A DNA stretch of 64,000 nucleotides from an uncultured Candidatus Saccharibacteria bacterium (GTDB lineage Bacteria > Patescibacteriota > Saccharimonadia > Saccharimonadales > Saccharimonadaceae), in NCBI GenBank assembly GCA_964537815.1, contig CAZIDJ010000002.1, positions 996-64,995 of the forward strand, given 5' to 3'. Positions 28,208 to 37,224 of this stretch are shown piece after piece. Both the position numbers and the translations under genes were made by a program. Within the stretch, counting starts at the first letter, position 1; every line of letters starts with the position of its first letter. Under the pieces are notes generated by a model, which did no database searches, was not told the origin of the DNA, and saw only the letters and a list, made by a program, of their open reading frames with translations.

Positions 28208-28417
28208 ATGACTATTACGACAACTCAAAAGATTATAAAAATCGGTACAAGCAGGGGTGTAACACTTCCGGCTAAACAGCTGAAGGCATTGGGTGTTCGT
28301 GAGGGCTCAGAGGTAAAGATAACCGTTGAGGCCGTACAAAGATCAAATGTACTCGATGAATACGAGCGGTTTAAAAAGCAGTACGGTGAAACACTGCGTA
28401 ATCTTGCGGATCGATGA
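28208..28417 (+). CDS. AbrB/MazE/SpoVT-fold antitoxin (Phd-equivalent partner of Doc)
   Basis: IIKIGTSRGVTLPAKQLKALGVREGSEVKI swapped-hairpin motif; ATGA overlap with doc. Confidence 0.75.
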   Translation: MTITTTQKIIKIGTSRGVTLPAKQLKALGVREGSEVKITVEAVQRSNVLDEYERFKKQYGETLRNLADR

Positions 28418-28794
28418 AATATTTAACACTTGAAGAGATGCTGCAGCTTCATTTTGCAGTGATTGAAGACTTTGGAGGGTCACACGGTGTTCGAGATGAG
28501 GGTCGGCTGAAGTCTGTTGTGCTAGCTCCAGCACAAGAAGTGTTCAGTGCAGAACAATACCAGACTGTTCACGAAAAAGCAGCAGTATACCTGCGCAACA
28601 TCATCGGCGACCTTCCATTTGCCGATGGTAACAAAAGGACAGGCGTGACGGTAGCTGGTGTATTTTTATTCCGAAATGGTGTAAAGTTAACGGCTAGCCC
28701 AAAAGAACTAGAAGATTTTGCAGTTAAAATCACGGTAGATCATCTAGAGATTGCTGAAATTGCTGTGTGGCTACAGCAACATACCACTGACTAA
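28414..28794 (+). CDS. doc: Doc (death-on-curing, Fic-fold) family protein with Leu in place of the catalytic His
   Basis: Motif reads DLPFADGNKRTG instead of HPFxDGNKRT; the CTT codon is at 28612-28614. Confidence 0.8.
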   Translation: MKYLTLEEMLQLHFAVIEDFGGSHGVRDEGRLKSVVLAPAQEVFSAEQYQTVHEKAAVYLRNIIGDLPFADGNKRTGVTVAGVFLFRNGVKLTASPKELEDFAVKITVDHLEIAEIAVWLQQHTTD

Positions 28795-28993
28795 CCGCTA
28801 AACTTGTATTTTTTTACACTTCTCAGGGGTGAACCTTTTTAAGATGAGGAGTTACAGTCGAGAGACGTAACACTAGTCTAGTGTGGGAGAGTTTGTGCAC
28901 ACAACTTTTCCACATAAACTAAACGCTATATATGGTGTACGCTATATGTAGCGTAGAGCGTGGTAAGTACAAAGAACTTGTATAATAAAAAAG

Positions 28994-29809
28994 ATGATTG
29001 ATAGGTTTATTCACCGAACGCTTGGCATACCGTACACATTGCATGTGTACGAACAGCGGCGGGTTAAGAAAGCACAAACAACCTTAGTGTTTTTGCATGG
29101 TGTAGGCGCATCGGGTGCTGCGTGGGATGAGGTACTTAAGCAGTTAGCACACGAACAGGTGAACATACTTGTGGTAGATTTATTAGGGTTTGGGGCATCG
29201 CCTAAGCCGACGTGGGCGCAGTATAGCGCTACTATGCAGTCGAAGGCGCTGGCAAAAACACTGCTCAGTAAAGGTGTAGTGGGGAATGTGGTGCTGGTTG
29301 GTCATTCGATGGGCGCATTGATTGCAATAGAATTCGCGAAGCGATACGAGCGTTTCGTACGATCACTCGTGCTATGCAGCCCACCGTTATACGATGATAA
29401 GACGCGGAAGTATTTACCAGATCGTGACCGACAGCTAAAAGCAGTGTACCAATTTGCGCTGCGCTACCCTGATCAGCTGGTGCAGATGAGCATAATGGCG
29501 AAGAAATATGGACTTGTGGGGCAAGCGTTCACAATTACTCCAGATACTGTCGATGACTATAGTTCTGCGTTAAAAGCAGCAATTATTAATCAAACATCGT
29601 TAAAAGATATTGCGCAGCTTTCGCTTCCAATTGAGATTATATACGGCAGTATCGACCCATTCGTAATAGGAGGCCACTTTAAGAAATTAGCAAAGGAAAA
29701 TCAAAATGTTCACGTTGCTTCGTTCATTGGTGGGCATGAGATAGAAGGTCGGTATGTTGCTTTAGTAACGAATACAATAAAAAAACGAGTTCGTACGATA
29801 GCTACGTAA
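28994..29809 (+). CDS. alpha/beta hydrolase
   Basis: HG oxyanion motif (VFLHGVGAS) and nucleophile elbow GHSMGA. Confidence 0.8.
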   Translation: MIDRFIHRTLGIPYTLHVYEQRRVKKAQTTLVFLHGVGASGAAWDEVLKQLAHEQVNILVVDLLGFGASPKPTWAQYSATMQSKALAKTLLSKGVVGNVVLVGHSMGALIAIEFAKRYERFVRSLVLCSPPLYDDKTRKYLPDRDRQLKAVYQFALRYPDQLVQMSIMAKKYGLVGQAFTITPDTVDDYSSALKAAIINQTSLKDIAQLSLPIEIIYGSIDPFVIGGHFKKLAKENQNVHVASFIGGHEIEGRYVALVTNTIKKRVRTIAT

Positions 29810-29833
29810 TGTCTGAGGGCAAGGAGCAAAAGT

Positions 29834-30469
29834 ATGACTAAGAAGAACCTCTATTATCTTCATGGTTTTGGTGTGACCGCTACAAATCCAGACGTGTTTG
29901 TTGATATTGTCAGGGCATTTCCGGGATATAATGCACTGCATATAAACTTGAATGACAGAGATGTAAACGGAGATTTGCACGTTTCACCTTTGTCAGAACA
30001 GACTAGGCGAGCTGAGCTGCTTGCGAGTGGTGCTGGTGCTGGTGACATACTAATTACTCATTCACAAGGAGCGTTGGTTGCTGCACTTGCGAATCTACCA
30101 AGACTGCGAAAGATTGTTATGTTAGCGCCGCCACCGTACGCGTCGTCAAAGAAAATGCTGGAACGCATTAAAAATCGAGGCGGCGATCTGCTAAATGGTG
30201 TGTGGAAGTTTCCAAGTGTGAATGGGGCGACGCGCTGGGTCCCTCAAGATTACCTACATGAACTAGAGCAAATAGACGCTTTGGTGGCATATAGCAAACT
30301 AGCAGCACACCAGCAAGTAGTAGTTATTGAAGCGCTTGATGATGAGGTTCTAACAACGCACGATATGTCGGGCGTGCAGGGCGCAGAGATAGTAAAAATT
30401 CGCGCCGACCACAATTTCACCGACGGCAGTCGGGCGCGACTAATTAGTACGTTGCAAACAGTTCTCTAG
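29834..30469 (+). CDS. alpha/beta hydrolase-like protein
   Basis: YLHGFG and an ITHSQGA nucleophile-elbow-like motif; 211 aa. Confidence 0.6.
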   Translation: MTKKNLYYLHGFGVTATNPDVFVDIVRAFPGYNALHINLNDRDVNGDLHVSPLSEQTRRAELLASGAGAGDILITHSQGALVAALANLPRLRKIVMLAPPPYASSKKMLERIKNRGGDLLNGVWKFPSVNGATRWVPQDYLHELEQIDALVAYSKLAAHQQVVVIEALDDEVLTTHDMSGVQGAEIVKIRADHNFTDGSRARLISTLQTVL

Positions 30470-30470
30470 C

Positions 30471-30752
30471 TTATTTTTTGCCAAACAGTCCACCGAGCGT
30501 ATCGAGTATGCCACCTTTTTTCTTTTTGCTGCCACCAGTTAGTTGTCCAAGCATATCGAGTTTATCAAGCACGCCCTGAGCATCTTTGAAATCAATTTTA
30601 CCGTCACCGTTTGAATCAGCTACACCTTTTAGGTTCCCTAAAACTTCGCTGTACTGACCAAATTGCGCCTGGAGGTCTTCTAAATCTTTCGCATTAATTT
30701 TGCCGTCACCGTTTGCATCACCGCGCTTTTTAAGTTCGTTTAATAAGTCCAT
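30471..30752 (-). CDS. small EF-hand-type calcium-binding protein with a Lys/Gly-rich tail
   Basis: Two canonical 12-residue loops, DANGDGKINAKD and DSNGDGKIDFKD; SD GGAGG. Confidence 0.7.
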   Translation of the reverse strand: MDLLNELKKRGDANGDGKINAKDLEDLQAQFGQYSEVLGNLKGVADSNGDGKIDFKDAQGVLDKLDMLGQLTGGSKKKKGGILDTLGGLFGKK

Positions 30753-30790
30753 TATGCACCTCCGTTATTTCTAGTGTATAGTATAGCATA

Positions 30791-31282
30791 ATGACAAATT
30801 ATATCTCTGAAAAGAACGTACTCGATTTTTTGGATCAGCACGCCATCGACTATGAGTACCTGACGCATAAAGCGGTCTATACGGTAGAAGAAGCTGCAGC
30901 AGAGCTACCTGGACGGACAGAACTAAAGAACTTGTTTATTCAGGACGACAAGGCTAGGCGACAATACCTAGTAATTATGCCTGGCATGAAGCGTTTGGAC
31001 CTAAAGCAACTCGCAAGTGATTTGGGTGAAAAGAAAGTGCGGTTTTGCAGTACAGAAAAAGTTGAGGCTATGTTGGGTGTGAAACCGGGATCGGTGTCTA
31101 TTTTTTGCTGTATAAATGAGACTGCTCAGCACATAAAGATAATTGTCGATGAAGAACTACTTGGCGAACCCGACTTAGGCTTTCACCCAATTATCAATAC
31201 CGCAACAGTGTATGTTGCGACTGAAGCAATCCACAAAATTTTATCGGCGTTGCCGCAAGAATCATGCATACAAAAGCTATAA
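30791..31282 (+). CDS. YbaK/ProX-type aminoacyl-tRNA deacylase domain protein
   Basis: YLTHKAVYTVEEA...KNLFIQDDK...YLVIM..KRLDLKQLA pattern of prolyl-tRNA editing domain proteins. Confidence 0.75.
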   Translation: MTNYISEKNVLDFLDQHAIDYEYLTHKAVYTVEEAAAELPGRTELKNLFIQDDKARRQYLVIMPGMKRLDLKQLASDLGEKKVRFCSTEKVEAMLGVKPGSVSIFCCINETAQHIKIIVDEELLGEPDLGFHPIINTATVYVATEAIHKILSALPQESCIQKL

Positions 31283-32523
31283 TGAAGACAATTGCTGATG
31301 TTGAGGCGATGCTCGAACCGTATATTAACGTGGCAACGAAGACATTTCGCAAAGGAATTACTACAGACAGAACACTTGCGCTTGCGAAACATGTAGGTAG
31401 CCCACACGAACGCCTGCGAGTAGTGCATGTAGCTGGCACAAGTGGTAAAACATCGACCAGCTATTTTATGCGCAGCATGCTTGAAGCAGCTGGCAAGAAA
31501 ACAGGCCTCACTGTTTCACCACATGTAATGGGTATTACTGAGCGTGTTCAGGTCAGTGGCCAGCCACTATCTGATAAAACGTTTGTGCGGTACATGAATG
31601 AGTTTTTTGACTACATAGTTTCTGCACCTGAAACCCCTACGTATTTTGAAATATTAATCGTTTTTGCGCTGTGGGTTTTTGACAAAGAGGGCGTTGACTA
31701 TGCGGTGATAGAAACGGGCTTGGGTGGCCTCCACGATTCATCGAATATATGTAGACGTGAAGATAAATTGTGTATCATAACTGACATAGGCTACGACCAT
31801 ATGCACGTACTGGGCAATACACTAGCAGACATTGCTTCACAAAAATGCGGCATTATTGCATCCGGCAATACGGTGATGATATACAAGCAAAGTGGCGCAG
31901 TAATGGCTGTTGCAAAAAAAGCAGCAAACGCTATGAACGCGGACCTTCACGTTATAGAGCCAACTAAAAATCATCTGTATCAGCAGCGAAACTGGCGGCT
32001 TGCCTATCAGGCGTACGAACTACTCCGTAACAGAGACCACTTGCCGGAACTATCGAAAGAATCACAACAGCAGACGCGAAATACTGTGGTGCCGGGAAGA
32101 ATGGATGTATACACTGTAGGGACAAAGACGGTTTTGCTGGATGGGGCGCATAACGAACAAAAAATGGATGCGTTTTGGCAGAGCTTTGAACACAAATATT
32201 CTGGCGTAAAACCGCTCGTAATCTTTGGTATAAAGAATGGCAAAGATATACAGGCGGTTATTCCGCACATCACAGCACACGCACGGCGTATTGTCACGAC
32301 AAAAGCGCATGCCACTCAAGACTTGGGATTGGGGCTTGGAATGGAAGCGAACGACGTCGCTGACGCAGTATATAAACAAAGCGGAATAGTGTGCGATGTG
32401 GTGCCGCATTCGCATGATGCAATCAGGCACGCTTTGCAACAAGATGAGGCGATGATAGTGGTGACGGGATCATTATATTTGGTGGCAGAAATACGTACAA
32501 TTTTGAATACGAATATGCTATAG
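31282..32523 (+). CDS. folC: folylpolyglutamate synthase / dihydrofolate synthase-like Mur ligase family protein
   Basis: VVHVAGTSGKTSTS P-loop, VIETGLGGLHDSSN, LLDGAHN; the TAATG overlap with the ybaK-like stop favours ATG 31282 over 31264. Confidence 0.8.
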   Translation: MKTIADVEAMLEPYINVATKTFRKGITTDRTLALAKHVGSPHERLRVVHVAGTSGKTSTSYFMRSMLEAAGKKTGLTVSPHVMGITERVQVSGQPLSDKTFVRYMNEFFDYIVSAPETPTYFEILIVFALWVFDKEGVDYAVIETGLGGLHDSSNICRREDKLCIITDIGYDHMHVLGNTLADIASQKCGIIASGNTVMIYKQSGAVMAVAKKAANAMNADLHVIEPTKNHLYQQRNWRLAYQAYELLRNRDHLPELSKESQQQTRNTVVPGRMDVYTVGTKTVLLDGAHNEQKMDAFWQSFEHKYSGVKPLVIFGIKNGKDIQAVIPHITAHARRIVTTKAHATQDLGLGLGMEANDVADAVYKQSGIVCDVVPHSHDAIRHALQQDEAMIVVTGSLYLVAEIRTILNTNML

Positions 32524-32554
32524 TTACTTCAACACTAACTGTGAGGTAAAAACT

Positions 32555-33193
32555 ATGGCACAAGCCAAAAAACAAGTAAAAGCAGCTCCACTTTCTGAGG
32601 AAGAAAAGGCAGCGAAAGAAGTAGCCCGCGTGCAAAATGAGCGTGAACGCAATATGAAAGGTGGCTTTTTCTACACAGCGGCCGTATATATTTTAAGCCG
32701 TTTCTTTTTGACAAAGAATCGTTACCAGAACTGGACAAGAGGACGCCGCATTTTGGTTGGTTGGCTGCTATGGCTCATCGTACTTCCAATCATCCCAGTT
32801 GTAGCGATCATTGTTTGGTATCTTAACGATCCTGAAGGTTTTAAAAAGAGCCCGTGGGCAAAGGCACTGATTGCTCTCGCTGTGATGTGGGCTGGCTACG
32901 CTGGATTGGTAGTGACCGAGCCGTCGCAAGCTGATGTTAATGGTAAGTACTCGCCAATTCAAACAGCACCAAACGGTGAAACCAAAGTAGTGAACGACAA
33001 CCCTGCTGCGGTTCCAAGCGATGTATCAAAAGAAAAGATTAAAAACCAAGCAACTTCAAATGCTTCGAACGGACGTACATTTGAAAACTGTACCGAAGCC
33101 TTTGATGCCGGCGTGTTTAATATTCGTCGCAGCGATGCAAGTTACCAGAACAAGCTTGACCGCGACAATGACGGCATAGCCTGCGAAAAGTAG
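32555..33193 (+). CDS. membrane protein with a C-terminal Excalibur calcium-binding domain
   Basis: Three hydrophobic helices, then NCTEAFDAGV...DRDNDGIACE (Excalibur signature). Confidence 0.75.
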   Translation: MAQAKKQVKAAPLSEEEKAAKEVARVQNERERNMKGGFFYTAAVYILSRFFLTKNRYQNWTRGRRILVGWLLWLIVLPIIPVVAIIVWYLNDPEGFKKSPWAKALIALAVMWAGYAGLVVTEPSQADVNGKYSPIQTAPNGETKVVNDNPAAVPSDVSKEKIKNQATSNASNGRTFENCTEAFDAGVFNIRRSDASYQNKLDRDNDGIACEK

Positions 33194-33231
33194 CAGACAT
33201 TCTATACCACCAAAATTTTATTGAATCGGTT

Positions 33232-33264
33232 ACGTAAAAAAGCGCCATGTGCGCTTTTTTACGT
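33232..33264. terminator. bidirectional intrinsic terminator
   Basis: ACGTAAAAAAGCGC / GCGCTTTTTTACGT: a perfect 14-bp stem, 5-nt loop, with A-tract and T-tract flanks. Confidence 0.8.
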
Positions 33265-33317
33265 ATTGCATTGGTAACTATCGCAGCTAAACAAAACTTT
33301 ATATATAATAGGTAGCT

Positions 33318-34328
33318 ATGGAAGAAACTACACAAACGGCTGAACAACAAACAACTGAAAACATAACGGACATTTTTAACTGGGCAAATTTGGTAGATGG
33401 CATAAAAAATGAGCTAGACATAGAGCTATTTGTCTTTAACAAAAATTACACACCCTATACACTGCGACACGATAAAAATCTCGAGATGCAAATACGCGCG
33501 TTGTTTTTGTACGACATTCTAAATGACGTTGCTATGGGCGCGGGTACTGGGCTTAGTATTCACGAATTTGAAAAGAGCGATGGCGGGGAAGATATTTTGC
33601 TACGAACACGCGTCGCTAATGTAGGTAGAGCGGAAACGTTGCTGCATTTACTTGAAAAAGAGCGTAGCGACGTAGAGGAATTTAGTGAAGACGAGCACGA
33701 ATTTAAACGTATAAAAGGTATAGTTGTGAAGTTTTCACCGAAAAGCGAGAACGCGAAAGTAAAACCGTTTTATGTTGCAAAAGCAGTGGCGCAAAGTAAC
33801 GTGCTAAAGGGCACGGTTAGCTGGGAGCTGAATGGCGGCAAGTTTGAGCAATTTAAGGCAGACGTAGGAATTAAACTACCAGCAGATAATCAAGTGCTGG
33901 TAGTTGATGAAGATATATTCGTGTTTAACCAGAGTAAGTTTGAAAAGCTTTTCCAGTATGAATACAAAAAGCAATTGTTGGCTGATAAAAAGGTTGCTGA
34001 GATCGAAAAGGCCTACAAGCTAAGTTTTCCTGAAGGAGTCGACTTGCAGGCGCTGGTGCGCGATAAGAAAAATATTGTTAATAAACTGCAAAAACTTGAA
34101 ATAGGTGCCGTTAGCCAAGAAAAGGCGATTGAGTATGCAGACGAAATGCAACTCGAGCTCATGAGCGATGAAAAAGACAACATCATTATTATGGATGGGA
34201 ATGATCTGAGCATGTTTGTTAACCTGATTAACGAAGACTACATTACGAGTGCGATAACTGGTAAACGGTACGAAATAAAGAGTAAAAAATTGTTAGGCGA
34301 GCCTGACGGCGAAGCTCCCCGCGGATAA
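33318..34328 (+). CDS. DUF4868 / KwaB-like protein (tentative, assigned from memory of the family pattern)
   Basis: 336 aa and AT-richer than its neighbours. IKGIVVKF, VLVVDEDIFVFNQSKFEKLFQYEY and C-terminal FVNLINEDYITSAITGKRYEI resemble conserved blocks of Kiwa KwaB. Confidence 0.5.
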   Translation: MEETTQTAEQQTTENITDIFNWANLVDGIKNELDIELFVFNKNYTPYTLRHDKNLEMQIRALFLYDILNDVAMGAGTGLSIHEFEKSDGGEDILLRTRVANVGRAETLLHLLEKERSDVEEFSEDEHEFKRIKGIVVKFSPKSENAKVKPFYVAKAVAQSNVLKGTVSWELNGGKFEQFKADVGIKLPADNQVLVVDEDIFVFNQSKFEKLFQYEYKKQLLADKKVAEIEKAYKLSFPEGVDLQALVRDKKNIVNKLQKLEIGAVSQEKAIEYADEMQLELMSDEKDNIIIMDGNDLSMFVNLINEDYITSAITGKRYEIKSKKLLGEPDGEAPRG

Positions 34329-34338
34329 CGAAACGCAT

Positions 34339-35070
34339 ATGTGGCTTTTCGGGCAGAAAAAAACTTCATCTGAAACGAAAATAAACCTGGTAACTGATAT
34401 TTTGCCGCAGCGCGTTCGCGATCAAATCTACCACAACGATGGAATGGTGGATGCGCGTAGTATACGTGAGCTTATGGTGCCAGCCCGCTGTCAGCAGCGT
34501 TTTGGAGTGTACGCCACTCTAAAAGCAGCCAGCGGCGATATCGAACGCCAGGCAGCGGTGTTGACTGCGCTGATTGAAAAGCAGTTTGACTTTGATAGGA
34601 TGACCTATGATGATGTTGAGCTGGTGTTGGCCGAAATGGGACACGGCCTAGGTAGGGAAGTAAATGTTAAAAAACTTGCTGAAATATCGCGAAAAGATTT
34701 TTCTAACTGGACCAGCAGTGCATGGGAGCAGTATAAGCGCAATGTTCCTGAGGCTATTGATGTATTTCTGCACGCATACACTACTGTAATCGCAATCGAT
34801 GGAATTATGCGATGTGTGCGTGAAAAAAGACAGCGGCTTCACATCCTACTACCAAACGAGTTTGAATCTGCTAATGCATGTGTGGGGTTTTCTATTGCAG
34901 ATAATGAATTGACGCTGCTAGCGCGTGATTTTCAGCGTCCTGCCGGTGCAGTTGTTGTTGACGACATTGAGAACACCGGCAAGGCACGCGAACAAGTGCA
35001 TAAATTTTGGGGAGATAGCCCGTCGGTTGAATATAGAGCGCTAAGCTCTTCTGGAAATACTACGACGTAG
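34339..35070 (+). CDS. hypothetical protein with a phosphoribosyltransferase-like (PRPP-loop) C-terminal half
   Basis: AVVVDDIENTGKAREQV matches the hhhhDDxxxTGxT PRTase motif, preceded by VIAIDG; 10 nt downstream of the KwaB-like gene. Confidence 0.45.
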   Translation: MWLFGQKKTSSETKINLVTDILPQRVRDQIYHNDGMVDARSIRELMVPARCQQRFGVYATLKAASGDIERQAAVLTALIEKQFDFDRMTYDDVELVLAEMGHGLGREVNVKKLAEISRKDFSNWTSSAWEQYKRNVPEAIDVFLHAYTTVIAIDGIMRCVREKRQRLHILLPNEFESANACVGFSIADNELTLLARDFQRPAGAVVVDDIENTGKAREQVHKFWGDSPSVEYRALSSSGNTTT

Positions 35071-35071
35071 G

Positions 35072-35614
35072 CTATTCGAACCGTACGATGACCCAGCCCC
35101 AGGGGCCGTTGTACCAGACATTTGCAGGGGGTGAAGGGTTGCTTGTAAACAGCGTTATGCCAGGGCAGTCTGGGCTATCAATTTTTCCAGTTGTTTGATT
35201 TTCCATGTTCTTAATCCATAAAACATAGTACGGACCTTTGGCAGCTGGGCAGCCGTTATCGCCAGCGTTGAATGTACGGTACCAGTAGCCTTTGGTTGCG
35301 ACTGTTGGGTCTTTAGGGTCTTTGAAGCTCGTGTTGTTAATAACAGTTTGGAGGCTATTTAAAAATGTCGTGTCGGTGCTGACTTCGAACGTGCCGGAGC
35401 CAGGGTTGGGGTTGGCGGCTGGAAATACTCGATTGTAGGCGCGGTAGGTTGAAAGTGCGTCCATAATGCTTTTTGCATCAACAGCACGCTTTGTGTCGCG
35501 TGCACGTGATTGTGAGCCTGAATAGTACACAACACCTATCATCGATAAAAGAGCGATGAGGGCAATTGTGATGGCAAGTTCTACCAATGTAAAACCACTT
35601 ACGCTTTTTCTCAT
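35072..35614 (-). CDS. type IV pilin-like protein (prepilin-type N-terminal cleavage/methylation domain)
   Basis: MRKSVSGFTLVELAITIALIALL class III signal; Cys pair in the C-terminal domain. Confidence 0.8.
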   Translation of the reverse strand: MRKSVSGFTLVELAITIALIALLSMIGVVYYSGSQSRARDTKRAVDAKSIMDALSTYRAYNRVFPAANPNPGSGTFEVSTDTTFLNSLQTVINNTSFKDPKDPTVATKGYWYRTFNAGDNGCPAAKGPYYVLWIKNMENQTTGKIDSPDCPGITLFTSNPSPPANVWYNGPWGWVIVRFE

Positions 35615-35701
35615 AGTGTGATTGTAACAACGTACTGATAGGAAGTAAAGCCGGGCCGCATGTAGGCAGCATGGGGACCATTAGTATATACTTTCTAGAG
35701 A

Positions 35702-37216
35702 ATGAATCAACAACTTGCACTGGAAATAATGCTTGATGGGCAGCACGTTTTTTTGACGGGAGCGGCAGGGAGCGGCAAAACCTATGTGCTAAATCAATTC
35801 ATCGCGCTCGCAAAACACCAGGGTAAACACGTAAGTGTGACAGCAACCACTGGGTTGGCTGCATCGCATTTGGGCGGAACCACTATTCATAGCTGGAGCG
35901 GCATAGGAGTAGCTGATGAGTTGCCACCAAATTTTGCCGAACATTTAGCCAAAGGGCGACGAGAGATTATTGAAAAAACAGACGTGTTGATTATTGACGA
36001 AATAAGCATGCTGCATGATTTTCGACTCGATATGGTTGATGAAGTCTGCCGTATTGTACGTAAAGAACCAGATGTGCCATTTGGTGGCATACAAGTTATT
36101 ATGAGTGGCGACTTTTTCCAGCTGCCGCCTGTCAATCGAGGCGCAAGTAGTGGTGGATTTGTAGTGAACAGCCGGGCGTGGCAAGAGATTGATCCAGTAA
36201 TCTGCTATTTGGGTGAACAATATCGACAAGAAGATGGGATGCTACATGAGATTTTGACGGCAATGCGGAGTAAAGATTTGCGACGACGGCACGTAGAGGC
36301 GCTGATGGAACGGGGAGAATTTGCACCAGATGAAGGTGCAGTATATACCGAGCTTCACACGGTAAACGTAGATGTGGATACACAAAACGAAGCCCGTTTG
36401 AGAGACCTTGGAGGTGACGAAGTTAGTTATGAGCAAACCAGTACAGGCAGTGATAGCTATGTAGAAAATTTGCAACGCAGCGTGCTGGCACCAAAAGTAC
36501 TGCGGTTAAAAAAAGGTGCTTTGGTGATGGCTGTGAAAAACAGTCTTGATAAAAAATATGTAAATGGCAGCCTTGGTACGGTGGTGGACTTTGATCCACG
36601 GAGTGACTACCCAGTGGTGCAATTTACAAATGGTCGAGAGGTGACGATGGAGCCTGATACTTGGGAGCTGCGCGATGGCGATAAGAAGCGCGCGAGCATA
36701 ACGCAAATTCCGCTGCGACTGGCGTGGGCAATCACTGTGCATAAAAGTCAGGGAATGACACTTGATGCTGCGCTGATTGATCTTCGTAAAGCATTTGTTG
36801 AAGGTATGGGCTATGTGGCGCTAAGTCGCGTGCGTAGCCTGGAAACATTGTACCTGGCAGGAATAAATCGTATGGCGTTACAAATTAGTGAAGAAGCGCA
36901 TGGGATTGATGCGATGCTCAGAGAGAAGTCACATGATGACGCCAAGACGCATGCTCATTTAGCAGCGAATGCGAAAACAAGAGAGGTAAACTCGCCAAAG
37001 AAAAAGAACGGGGCAAGTGGGTGGGCCGAAAAATTAGCAAAAATGCGCAAAGAACATCCAAATGCTTATATGCCATGGACTAATGAACAAGACGCACTAC
37101 TAAAACAAGAATTTCAAAATGGTGTTGACTTACATACGCTTTCAAAACTGCTTGGTCGGCATGAGGGCAGTATAAAAATGCGGCTGCAGAAGCATTTTGG
37201 TGAAGATATTGCGTAG
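35702..37216 (+). CDS. Pif1/RecD-family (SF1B) DNA helicase with a C-terminal HTH-like extension
   Basis: Walker A GAAGSGKTY, LIIDEISML, SGDFFQLPPV, AITVHKSQGMT, ALSRV. Confidence 0.85.
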   Translation: MNQQLALEIMLDGQHVFLTGAAGSGKTYVLNQFIALAKHQGKHVSVTATTGLAASHLGGTTIHSWSGIGVADELPPNFAEHLAKGRREIIEKTDVLIIDEISMLHDFRLDMVDEVCRIVRKEPDVPFGGIQVIMSGDFFQLPPVNRGASSGGFVVNSRAWQEIDPVICYLGEQYRQEDGMLHEILTAMRSKDLRRRHVEALMERGEFAPDEGAVYTELHTVNVDVDTQNEARLRDLGGDEVSYEQTSTGSDSYVENLQRSVLAPKVLRLKKGALVMAVKNSLDKKYVNGSLGTVVDFDPRSDYPVVQFTNGREVTMEPDTWELRDGDKKRASITQIPLRLAWAITVHKSQGMTLDAALIDLRKAFVEGMGYVALSRVRSLETLYLAGINRMALQISEEAHGIDAMLREKSHDDAKTHAHLAANAKTREVNSPKKKNGASGWAEKLAKMRKEHPNAYMPWTNEQDALLKQEFQNGVDLHTLSKLLGRHEGSIKMRLQKHFGEDIA

Positions 37217-37224
37217 CCAGAGTA

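Noticed and set aside
32555-33193. The Excalibur membrane protein as the missing KwaA partner of the KwaB-like gene
   Set aside because: It is separated from the KwaB-like gene by a strong bidirectional terminator and 124 nt. It has its own SD and three TM helices plus an extracellular Ca-binding domain, unlike the four-TM KwaA. The possibility is not excluded, but the sequence does not support it.
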